64,000 bases of DNA from a virus, in IMG/VR virus record IMGVR_UViG_3300042924_004713, positions 102,409-166,408 of that record; one strand, given 5' to 3'. The notes below the pieces were generated by a model that did no database searches, was not told the DNA's origin, and saw only the letters and a program-made list of their open reading frames with translations. Numbering within the stretch: position 1 is the stretch's first letter; each line of letters begins with the position of its first letter. The position numbers and the translations under genes are program-made. Below are positions 10,042 through 19,300 of this stretch, piece after piece.

Positions 10042-10937
10042 TACTCGCGTTCCATAATGCCTTTGTTGTTCCAGTTGGCACGATAATGATGTTTGAAAAA
10101 TGCACTGCCCTCGGCGGTTAGTGTGCATATTGGCAAAGACAACTGTGTGTGCAAATCATTACTCACACGACCAGAAACAATGTCTGGATGTGTATCCTTG
10201 ATAGTGTCCCAGAGTTTTACTAATTCATCAAAGTCTTGAACTTGTCTATAGTCCCAATTAGTCAGCATGGTCATGTAGGTGCCCATTCTAGAGCCTGCCA
10301 TGGCCCACAGCCCATTGTCAACGTCGGCGCCTACATTGTGCCAAATAGTAAGATTATCAAGATTACGCTGTGCCACTCTCTGTTGAAACTCACTTAGACT
10401 TGGTCTACGTCCGCGATCCAGGCACATCTTTACACCTTCGCGGAACCCAGCACGCCAGGCTTGAAAGTCTGTGGCATTGATATAGGTTGTTGAGTAACAG
10501 TCATGCATGGCCCAATATTGTGGATGGAAACAAAATTCTACAGTGGTTTCATCTGTGCCATCACTGGCTTCATGTGTACGCATGTTCATCACATACTCTT
10601 TGGTCCAGCAACTTATACCTCCGTTGCCATACATCAAGCCATTAACATTATTCCTAGCCCGCCAGCGAAATACACAATCAGAGTTAGTGCTATCCAATAC
10701 CAGCTGACTTGAAAAGAAGCTAATATCAGGGATATTATCGCCATCAAGTAACACAAAACGATCAGTGGTCGAAGCCATCGCTGCTGCCTTGTGGGCGGCG
10801 TCTGACCCTTTAATACCATCCACTCGTCTTGCCCAGGGTACCATGTTCCGAACACGTACCCAATTTTCCTCAGCATTTGGTTCATCATAGGTTAGAAATA
10901 TACAGTCTAAATCAGCAATATCAACTATCTCAGTCAT
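10041..10937 (-). CDS. Glycosyltransferase-like (GT-A) protein
   Basis: N-terminal IFLTYDEP, AHKAAA and LLDGDN (DxD) pattern. Confidence 0.55.
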   Translation of the reverse strand: MTEIVDIADLDCIFLTYDEPNAEENWVRVRNMVPWARRVDGIKGSDAAHKAAAMASTTDRFVLLDGDNIPDISFFSSQLVLDSTNSDCVFRWRARNNVNGLMYGNGGISCWTKEYVMNMRTHEASDGTDETTVEFCFHPQYWAMHDCYSTTYINATDFQAWRAGFREGVKMCLDRGRRPSLSEFQQRVAQRNLDNLTIWHNVGADVDNGLWAMAGSRMGTYMTMLTNWDYRQVQDFDELVKLWDTIKDTHPDIVSGRVSNDLHTQLSLPICTLTAEGSAFFKHHYRANWNNKGIMERE

Positions 10938-11265
10938 AGTATTTTAAATTCCATTTTTGATGCGGTTCAATGTCAGTGATCACAATCACGTTGTTAGCAT
11001 GGCATGCCTGTCCAGCTTCTGCTGGCGCTAGCTTAGAACTAACTGGTGTCTTAATTGGTACCAACTCGCTATTGACCACACGCACACGAGTATTAGAACG
11101 TTCGTAGGTCTCTCTGTCAATCTCTAAATAGTTACCAGGCCGATCCTCCATGCTATAAAATAGCACCTGCCCGTGATCGTCGTAGTACACTCGATAGGAA
11201 ATCTTAGAAACAACTTCCGGTTCAAGATGTTTTTCTACTTCACGCCAAAATTCTAATAGGTCCAT
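10930..11265 (-). CDS. Hypothetical protein
   Basis: 111-aa ORF overlapping both neighbours in the operon. Confidence 0.7.
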   Translation of the reverse strand: MDLLEFWREVEKHLEPEVVSKISYRVYYDDHGQVLFYSMEDRPGNYLEIDRETYERSNTRVRVVNSELVPIKTPVSSKLAPAEAGQACHANNVIVITDIEPHQKWNLKYYD

Positions 11266-11984
11266 GTTTTTTTATGATAGTGCACCGCACCCCATTGAGC
11301 CACAGTATTGATACGTAAGGGATCCGTTTCCCAAACTAGTTCTTTGGTCCAGTCTGGTGTGTGAGTGCCCAGGATGTGTTGCTTGAAATGCGAGATTTTG
11401 GGAAATGTGGACCAGGGCATTGTGACATTTTCTGGCCCAACGATTTGAGCTGCCATAGCATATACAAAATCAGTACTGGGCTCTGGATCTGCAAATGCTA
11501 CTAGTTTTTTGTACTCTTGCCACTGAGTAAAAATCCTGCGACACCAAGTGAAGAAATCATGTGCTAGTTGACTGGCTCTCCAATAGGTGATGGCATTGTA
11601 CACATCAGCAAGACGATTGTTGTCAAGAAACTTGCGATAATATCTTGAATTGGCGATGTTGCCATAGAAGTCTCGGCATCCTGTGGAAATACAAAGATCA
11701 CGATGTTGCATGATGTCAAACCAATGCATACATGGACCAGCCATTAACATATCAGCTTCTAGTTTAATGGTCTGGCGATAAGGACTTAGTTTGTAGGCAA
11801 AGTAGTCCAGTGCTTGTCCTTGTAGTTCAGTCTGAGGTAAATCCTGATTGGTTAAAACAGTGACTTCGGCCGAGGGATGATAATACAAAATGCTTTGAGC
11901 AAGCCTACGTGCGCAGGCTTCATAATCAACATCTTGAGTGTTAAATGCGGGAATAACAAATCCACGTTCAGATTTGATTGGCAA
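11253..11984 (-). CDS. Glycosyltransferase-like (GT8-like) protein
   Basis: GFVIPAFN..VDY...A..LAQSI, SPYRQTIKLEADML and C-terminal HYHKK. Confidence 0.55.
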   Translation of the reverse strand: MPIKSERGFVIPAFNTQDVDYEACARRLAQSILYYHPSAEVTVLTNQDLPQTELQGQALDYFAYKLSPYRQTIKLEADMLMAGPCMHWFDIMQHRDLCISTGCRDFYGNIANSRYYRKFLDNNRLADVYNAITYWRASQLAHDFFTWCRRIFTQWQEYKKLVAFADPEPSTDFVYAMAAQIVGPENVTMPWSTFPKISHFKQHILGTHTPDWTKELVWETDPLRINTVAQWGAVHYHKKTWTY

Positions 11985-12762
11985 TTATCTTCTCCAAATA
12001 ACTTTTTCCCATGGCGTGAAAATCTTGATTTTTGATTGTGATATATCGTTGGCGTTTTCCGTCTTGCCATTCTAACACAAACTTATCATGATCAAAGGTC
12101 AACTGATCTTCTGGTAACACACTCACAAGGTTCCAAGGTATATCAGTGGTTTGTAGTGTGTTGCCTGATTCCAATGTCAAAGCAATGCTCAAAGCATGAT
12201 CATTTCTAAACGCTGCTCGATTGATACCATAGAGATTTCTATAGTGTGACCAATGCTGCTGTACCATTTGCATGGTATTGAATATGACCTGGCTCTTGAG
12301 ACTAGCACGGTAACATATCACAGTGGCCCAATACATCGGCATATGATACTTGCCAAATGTGGTATTGAACTTATCACCTGTTCTGGCATTCACAGCATAT
12401 CTATGACACACAAAATCTTGATCTATAGCCAACAAATCACGCAGTTGATTGCTGTTGACTATGTAATCAACATCCAGCAGTAGTGTTTGATCAAACGGCG
12501 ACAACAGTGCAGAATGACTTCGATCATGATTGTGCCAATCAACCACTTGGTCTAGATCATGAAAGTATCTTGAACCCGACTGTGGCTTGCTGCGATGTAT
12601 TACCTGATCAAAACAGTGAATTTTGGGATGATCAACACAGTCTGTGACCACTGCCACAGGCAAGTCAAGATAGTGTTTTATACGTTGTGCGTTCCACGCA
12701 GCAATGTTTACATAGTCAACTTGCTGATTGTTGAACGCTACTAGAAGAACACCTTGTGTCAT
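11968..12762 (-). CDS. Glycosyltransferase-like (GT8-like) protein (start revised to ATG 12762)
   Basis: GVLLVAFN..VDY, SPFDQTLLLDVD (DxD), RND, FHAMGK; ATGA overlap with the upstream gene. Confidence 0.6.
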   Translation of the reverse strand: MTQGVLLVAFNNQQVDYVNIAAWNAQRIKHYLDLPVAVVTDCVDHPKIHCFDQVIHRSKPQSGSRYFHDLDQVVDWHNHDRSHSALLSPFDQTLLLDVDYIVNSNQLRDLLAIDQDFVCHRYAVNARTGDKFNTTFGKYHMPMYWATVICYRASLKSQVIFNTMQMVQQHWSHYRNLYGINRAAFRNDHALSIALTLESGNTLQTTDIPWNLVSVLPEDQLTFDHDKFVLEWQDGKRQRYITIKNQDFHAMGKSYLEKIIANQI

Positions 12763-13067
12763 CGTTTTTGACCAAGTTCCTGATGTTCCAACAACCACGC
12801 ATTCATGCACTCTTGCCAGCGTTGTGCTGCCATGTTCCAGAGTTCCTTGGTATTGATCTGTACCGGATTATGGTACAAGTCTAAAAGTACAACTGGCTTG
12901 TCCATTACGCAACAGTTCAAGGTGCTTAACAGTTCGGGTCCAGCACGCCACATACCGCCTGCATGAGCAAACAGCATCTTGGCTTCGTACTTTTCTCTCA
13001 ATAATTTTTTAGCCGATTCGTGATCAAATCTTGATCGAGCGTAGGCAACTAGGTCGTTAGAATCCAT
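12759..13067 (-). CDS. Hypothetical protein, first gene of the accessory operon (start revised to ATG 13067)
   Basis: 102 aa (MDSNDLVAY...); ATG coincides with the predicted transcription start. Confidence 0.7.
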   Translation of the reverse strand: MDSNDLVAYARSRFDHESAKKLLREKYEAKMLFAHAGGMWRAGPELLSTLNCCVMDKPVVLLDLYHNPVQINTKELWNMAAQRWQECMNAWLLEHQELGQKR

Positions 13068-13073
13068 GCTGAT

Positions 13074-13102
13074 AATATAACATAAAAATTGATAAAAGTA
13101 AA
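13074..13102 (-). promoter_or_regulatory. Sigma70-type promoter for the radical SAM/glycosyltransferase operon
   Basis: TTTACT-17 nt-TATATT with an extended -10 TG. Confidence 0.55.
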
Positions 13103-13121
13103 GGGCCAATTGGCCCTTTAC
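13091..13121 (-). terminator. Intrinsic terminator ending the tail-gene operon
   Basis: Perfect 24-nt palindrome gtaaagggccaattggccctttac (13098-13121) followed by TTTTAT on the minus strand. Confidence 0.7.
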
Positions 13122-13140
13122 CTGACTTATGTCAACAAAG

Positions 13141-14109
13141 TTAAGTGGTTGTTGCTGCCACAGTGGGTGTACCCCACGCGGCAGATGTTAGAAAAGTAGA
13201 ACTTGGTGGGAAGTATGTAACGATTGTGGCTGGGGCTGTGCCAAACGAAGCACCCGAAGGCGATGTGCCGCCACTGATAATATCACCTTCAGCATTGTAC
13301 CAAGTGGTAGTGAGGTCCAGCGTGGTGCCTGTGTTGCCAGTTTTGGCCTGTAGACGAATATAGTTGCCTGTATAAGGTGAAGTATCTGCTGCTTGTTCGT
13401 ACAAAGTTGTATTACTAGTTGTGAGCTGATACCAGCCTGTGGTAGTTGCCAAAGTAGTAGGAGTACCTGTGCCGCCTGTTTTGGTTGTGCCTGTGTAACT
13501 TGTACCTGCAATATTAGCTGTTTGACCGTTGACTCTGCCTGTGATTGATATTGTGCCGCTTAGTGTGCCGGCCAAGTCGTTCCATTCTGGATCACCATCA
13601 TTGCCAGTGGAGCTTTTACCCACTTGCCATCTTATGATGCCACCAGCATTGAAAAAATATCTAGCTGCATTAGCATTGGCAAAAGTAATTGTGTGAGTGA
13701 ACACAATGGTGGATCCAGCACCGCTGGTGTTGGTAGTTTTACCTGAAGTGCCGGTCCATCCAGTAAACTGTGATCCAGATGCCACTGCGTTTCCACGGTT
13801 AGTAGTAAGGTTGGTTAGATCAGTATTAACATTAGCCAAAACAGAAATTAGATCGCCTGAAGTTGGTGCTGATCTTGATGTTATAGTAGTGCCTGTGTGA
13901 CTACCTAGAGAACTCAAACGGTTTACCAAAGTGGCCCAGTTGGTAGCGGTCACAGTAGAAGCCACACTTACGTTGGCAACTGCTGATTCACCGTAACCTT
14001 TGTCACCTGATCCCACACTCCAGATGTCATTGATGTTAGCATTGGCAGTGCCAGATACAAAGCCATTATAGTCAGTGGCTTCAATTAAACTACCGCTAGA
14101 ATACGTCAT
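13141..14109 (-). CDS. Virion structural protein (tail fibre/collar-like)
   Basis: Very Thr/Gly/Ser-rich beta-type composition; sits in the tail operon. Confidence 0.6.
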   Translation of the reverse strand: MTYSSGSLIEATDYNGFVSGTANANINDIWSVGSGDKGYGESAVANVSVASTVTATNWATLVNRLSSLGSHTGTTITSRSAPTSGDLISVLANVNTDLTNLTTNRGNAVASGSQFTGWTGTSGKTTNTSGAGSTIVFTHTITFANANAARYFFNAGGIIRWQVGKSSTGNDGDPEWNDLAGTLSGTISITGRVNGQTANIAGTSYTGTTKTGGTGTPTTLATTTGWYQLTTSNTTLYEQAADTSPYTGNYIRLQAKTGNTGTTLDLTTTWYNAEGDIISGGTSPSGASFGTAPATIVTYFPPSSTFLTSAAWGTPTVAATTT

Positions 14110-14122
14110 TTGTTATTCCTTT

Positions 14123-15505
14123 TTACTTGATCATTACAATTGCTTCAACAATGCCTTCATCGGGGGATTTTTTGTCTGCAAGAGCGCGACCAATTGTGTT
14201 AAATGCTGTGGCTTCACCTGGAAGTGCAGCTCTAGCAAGTCCGCTGCCTGCTGAAACAAGGCGATCGCCTTTGTTGATAGTGCCAACGCAGCGTACTGGC
14301 ACACGACCTGTGACTGCCACTGGGGGGTGAGTGTCGTCATCGCCTGCGCCGCCGTTCATTAGGAAGGCTGCACGAGTACTTATGACTCCAAAAACATTTT
14401 CTGATAGCTCTAATTTAGCAATAGTGATTTCTTTGGTGCCACCTAGTTCTACAACTGTACCAGGTTCCAACACTTCATCAGCAGCAAAACGTTCTGCAAC
14501 GTCAGCATAAAGTGCTGTGGTAGCAGTTGCAAACACTCGGTTAAAATAGTTGCTGGCTGAGCCAATATTACCAACCGCGTTGGTTCCAGACTTTGTGATT
14601 GAAGACACTGAAAAGTTTGCAAACACAGCAGCAGCATTAGCACCATCAAGTGTAAGCACTGTGGTAGTCACACCACCATCATTTACTCTAAACACAATGT
14701 TACCATCTTGTGTTTGGTTGTCAACTTGTACAGTGGTGCCACTTACACTGACTCTGAAGTCGCTGTCGCTACCAACTGTGAATCCTGAATCAGTTAGAAC
14801 GCCCAAAGTGGTGCTCATGGTTTGACCTGTACCACTATTGCGTATAAATCCTGTGCTGGCCACACCATTCAGCAACACTGCGTTGGCAGCGGTGCCTTGG
14901 AACAGTGGAGTCTGACCGTTTACTGTACTGGCCAAATTTAAACCAGGTTTAATAGTAGCAAATCCAGGTACCCCAGCACCAGCAGGTGTAAATTCTGCGT
15001 CTGCGCTGATAATGCCAACCACAGCGTCAGAGATTGTGAGTTCAATCACAGTGTGAGTGATACCAGCAGGAGTGTCAGTGATAGTAGCAGGCACAGCGCC
15101 TGTTGTACCACCGCCGCCTGTGCTTTGAGGACCAACTAGAATAAAGGCCGAGCCGTTGTAGACTTTGAGCTGCTGATTGGTGATATCATACCAAAGGTCA
15201 CCAGTGACATTACTTGATGGCTGAGTGGTAGACGCTGTGGCTGCACTGATGGTTTTAAATGTGGTGCCGTTGTAGACTTTGAGCAAATTATTGGATTTGT
15301 CCCACCAAAGCTGACCAGTCAGCGGATTGCCAGGAGGACTGATAGCAGCCGAATTCTCCAGCAAGTGTACAAAGTTAGTGTCGAGGAATTCCCCGTAACC
15401 TGCATAGTTTTTACCAACCAAAACCATGCTGCTTGACGTGTTAATTGTACCATCTGCGATAGTTGCAAATGGAGTACCGTCGGTTAGATTAATCTGATAA
15501 GCCAT
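14123..15505 (-). CDS. Tail fibre protein with a C-terminal intramolecular chaperone-like (peptidase G2-type) domain
   Basis: Repeated G(Q/D)LW.D...LKVYNG motifs; C-terminal ADVAERF..GTVV..VFGVIST..GRVPV. Confidence 0.65.
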   Translation of the reverse strand: MAYQINLTDGTPFATIADGTINTSSSMVLVGKNYAGYGEFLDTNFVHLLENSAAISPPGNPLTGQLWWDKSNNLLKVYNGTTFKTISAATASTTQPSSNVTGDLWYDITNQQLKVYNGSAFILVGPQSTGGGGTTGAVPATITDTPAGITHTVIELTISDAVVGIISADAEFTPAGAGVPGFATIKPGLNLASTVNGQTPLFQGTAANAVLLNGVASTGFIRNSGTGQTMSTTLGVLTDSGFTVGSDSDFRVSVSGTTVQVDNQTQDGNIVFRVNDGGVTTTVLTLDGANAAAVFANFSVSSITKSGTNAVGNIGSASNYFNRVFATATTALYADVAERFAADEVLEPGTVVELGGTKEITIAKLELSENVFGVISTRAAFLMNGGAGDDDTHPPVAVTGRVPVRCVGTINKGDRLVSAGSGLARAALPGEATAFNTIGRALADKKSPDEGIVEAIVMIK

Positions 15506-15553
15506 GTTAGTCTACAGTCCTTTTAGTATTTAGCACCTTTAATCTGCTAATAT

Positions 15554-16159
15554 TTATGCGTTGCTGCTAAGGTTAGTTAGAGTTTGAATCCTTAGCGTGT
15601 AATCAATTTGTATCTGTCTGTTGAGACTCTTTTGTACCGGGTGGAAGATCACATGAGTAATCAAACGCAGATCTGTGGCACTGCCATTCCAGGTCTTGAG
15701 TCCAAGTTCGTCAAATACAAATTCTCCACTAAAGTTAGTGGAATTGTCAAAAGCCTGTTGTCCCGCGGGTTCACCGTAGTCAAGCAAACAGGTTACTAAA
15801 ATATCAGTGTAAAACTTACCCGGAGTATGAAGCACTGTCATGCGATTGTTCACAGGATCAGTGTTGTCTGCACTGGCATCATCCACAATTTTCTGGTAAG
15901 TTTGATTGTACAAGCTGGCGTTTTGGCCCACGGTGTTTGGAGGCAAATAGGTAATCACTCCAGTGGGATCCACTGAACTACCGCCGTTACCAAAAGCCAT
16001 TTGATAGATATATCCAGTGTTTCTATCAGCTAGTGTTTGCGCCATGCCTACTGAGATATTTTCGTAGTGAATAGCGTTGTGTTTGTCTACAAACACTTCT
16101 TGTGTTCTGGGGTCAAAAATCTTGAGAAACCCGTCAATTTTGAACTGTCCGTTGGTCAT
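15554..16159 (-). CDS. Baseplate/tail-associated structural protein
   Basis: MAFGNGG, FDELGL and THVIFHPVQKS; located in the tail operon. Confidence 0.6.
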   Translation of the reverse strand: MTNGQFKIDGFLKIFDPRTQEVFVDKHNAIHYENISVGMAQTLADRNTGYIYQMAFGNGGSSVDPTGVITYLPPNTVGQNASLYNQTYQKIVDDASADNTDPVNNRMTVLHTPGKFYTDILVTCLLDYGEPAGQQAFDNSTNFSGEFVFDELGLKTWNGSATDLRLITHVIFHPVQKSLNRQIQIDYTLRIQTLTNLSSNA

Positions 16160-16305
16160 GCTCTGCCCTCGTGATATACCTGCTTGGTGTTGGGATCATG
16201 AATTCTCACGAATTCGTCCACATGCACCTTGCCGCTGTCATTGGGACGTTTTTCAACCTCTTTGGGATCAGGCGCTGCGCCGGTATTGTTTGTCTGTGTT
16301 TCCAT
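16156..16305 (-). CDS. 49-aa small protein, not in the ORF track
   Basis: METQTNNTGAAPDPKEVEKRPNDSGKVHVDEFVRIHDPNTKQVYHEGRA; TAAATA motif 7 nt upstream; ATGA overlap with the next gene. Confidence 0.65.
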   Translation of the reverse strand: METQTNNTGAAPDPKEVEKRPNDSGKVHVDEFVRIHDPNTKQVYHEGRA

Positions 16306-16343
16306 GATCGTATATTTAGCTATGTTAAATCCAGTGGCTTTGC

Positions 16344-19300
16344 TTACTCGTCATTCCTTAAGAACTTAGCAGCTGACGTGTTTTGCAACTGCAAAGGCAC
16401 ACCGTCGCTTGGCTCAAATGCACCAGGCTGATACCAGCTTTGAGCACGCTTAACTGCTAGAGTCACCAAGCGTCCAGCAGCTGGTGCATCATAGAAGCGC
16501 ACTGTGGCTGGATTAGCATTTAGGAACTGATAAGCAGTTGGAGGCTGTATTATACCGCCCACACTCACAATCAAGGCCTCGAGCCATTCAGTGCTGTCTA
16601 TTCCAGTCAAGTTAATATTTGGTGCTGTGAACTGTACCTGAGATCCATTGGCTTTGACACTGGTTTGTACCACATAGTCTTGATAACCACCACCTGACAA
16701 TAGATTCTCTCTACCTATGTTGTACACCAAATCTCCTGCAAAATGATTGGCTATGGCAGTGCCAGCAGTACCTCGTAGCAGTCCGGATAGAGTGTTGTTT
16801 TCTAGATCGCGATATCTAAACGCAATACGCTCACCATTGATAGTTACCACACCAAGATAGTTTGCTGGTATATTTGGTTCACCGCAGGCCAATACATTTT
16901 CAACATAAATTATGTCATCGTCCACTGAAAGATCACTTAACAACCTTGTGGTAGTGTTATCAGTGATACGATATGTAAGCTGCACGCCGCGCATGTCTTG
17001 GAAAATACGGAAAGCCATGGCATTGGGAACTATTTGATTGGTATACAGCGTGGCCACAACAACATCAGTGACTGCAATAGGACCAGACAGCAGTTCTAGA
17101 TAAGTGGTTGGGTCGCCTGATTCAACGTCAGAAACCACTGTGTAATCAAGTCCCGGGAACAACAGTCGTCCATTCAGGCTTACTATCATTCTTTCAGATT
17201 CTTGCACTGGTCTACGTAGATCAAAGTCGTTTTCTTGAACAGTGATACCCTCGCTGAAGTCAAAACTTCCTGGTTCATTGTTCACTGACCCCGAGTCAAA
17301 TGGCAGAAAATCAAAACCTTCGCTGGCTATGGCTCCCTTGGTGATAGGTCCAACCCAGACAATCTGCACAATATTCTGTTGACTGGTATCGTTGTATGTT
17401 GTGACTGAAACCACATCTCCTGGGAACACACCAAACGATCCACTAGGTCTAAATGTGATTTGATTACCAGAAATAATGTAATCAGCGCGAGTGTTTACAC
17501 AAATCAGCACTCTATCACCGATGTTGGGCACATAGCTAAGAATAATTGATCGTCTGCTGAATCCATCCCATGGAACCACAGTGAAATCGCTGCCTAGTAC
17601 CTGCGGTACATCATTCACGTATACATTAACTTCATTATCAGCTACAAGACCCTGACTGTATCCACCACGCTCTGGAAACAAGAATTCTGCACTGCTACCA
17701 TCACCATACCATTCAATACCTTGGCTTGGTCTAGCTCTAAAACCATTTACTGTAACGTAAGCGTTGTTGGGGTTAGATCCCTGTAGGCTGTTGGTTAGTG
17801 TATAGGTCAGCTGTGCTGTGGAACTTGGTGATAGTTCTGCAATCGTAAAGGTCTGAACTGTGGGCAAACTCCAGGAATATTGTGGAGTCTGGAAGCCCAT
17901 TACAGTTAGATTAACAGCATCCAAGCTGGTTAATATCACGGAAAAATTGATTCGTGTTATAGTTGGAGCTATGGATTCAAAAGTGTAATCTGTGGTTGGT
18001 AGCAAACGTGTGCCGTTGACAAAGATTACCAGTTCATAAATGTCGCTGAACTTGACTGGAATCTCAAGCTGAGTACCGATGTCTGCTCCATTGTAGTTGG
18101 CTCGTAGCAGTTGATTACCGCCCCCAACTTCATAGATATTGATTACCAATAGATCATCATCATTGACTCCACTTAGAACTGTGATAGTTTGATTTACCCA
18201 ATCCACGGTGTATTGACTAGGTGCAAGATCACTAGACAACAGGCTACTGCCATTTGGTCCTGCATTGCTTACACGTATCGCGGCAGGATAAATTTCATGC
18301 GTTTGATACTGTGCAATCTGTGCCCAACTGATTGTAGAATCAGCACTGTTGTAAGTCGCACGCAGTGACAAGATATCAAAGCCGTGTCCTAGTCCATTCC
18401 AATCTGATCCTGGTCGGACATACACACGAAAGTCCATGGTATCAAATTCACTGCCAGGCACTAGCTCTTCTGGTGCATGACTTGAATAGGTATCAACAAA
18501 TGCACCACCATCAACCACAACATCATTCACACCAGTGCCAAGATATTGGTCTATGAATTCACTTTCATATACACTGTCAATCAGTGTTTCACTGTAGGTT
18601 GGGAGACCGCTGGCATCAAAGTCTAGATTATCCCATGGAGTCATGTCAAATGGCCCGCGGTCAAAGCCAGTGTCTTGATTGAAATTCAGACCTTTGACTT
18701 GTACACCTGGATAATCAGTACCAGTGATAAGCAGTGGAAGCTCACGTCCTGGTTGATCTGCCAATGCCACATAGTAACCCATGGTACGATCAACACCACT
18801 AAGCTCGCCAACCGGCACTAAAATCCAGTCCTCAGGAATGAATTCTGCTGTGTTGACGCCGGTGCTATCAGGACTGTCAGCTTCCCAGATGCGTCCTCCA
18901 AAGCGTACCAATTGACCATTGTCAAATGTTATGTTTGGTTGCCATTCTTCAATATTGCTTTCGTACTGGTATCTGTCATATTTCAATGTGGTCTTAATAC
19001 TACGCACTAGACCATTGTTTAATATAGCAATGGCCTTGGCACCAGTACCGTTACCGCCGGTTATAGTCACACTTGGAGTGGTCAAGTATCCCTCACCAGG
19101 ATCTGTTACCACTAGGCTATTCACCTGTCCAGCACTGTTGATAACTGCAATGGCTGTGGCATTGCGTACAGCCACGCCAGATATGGTCACTGTGGGTGCA
19201 GTGGTGTAACCTGTGCCACCAGTAACTAGAATCAACTCCTGCAGTTCTAATTTGTAGTTGTCAAACCACTGGTCATAGGGCTGTGTTTGCCATATGATAT

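Noticed and set aside
13107-13135. Minus-strand TTGACA at 13135-13130 as a -35 box
   Set aside because: The position 17 nt downstream reads CAATTG inside the palindrome, which is not a credible -10.
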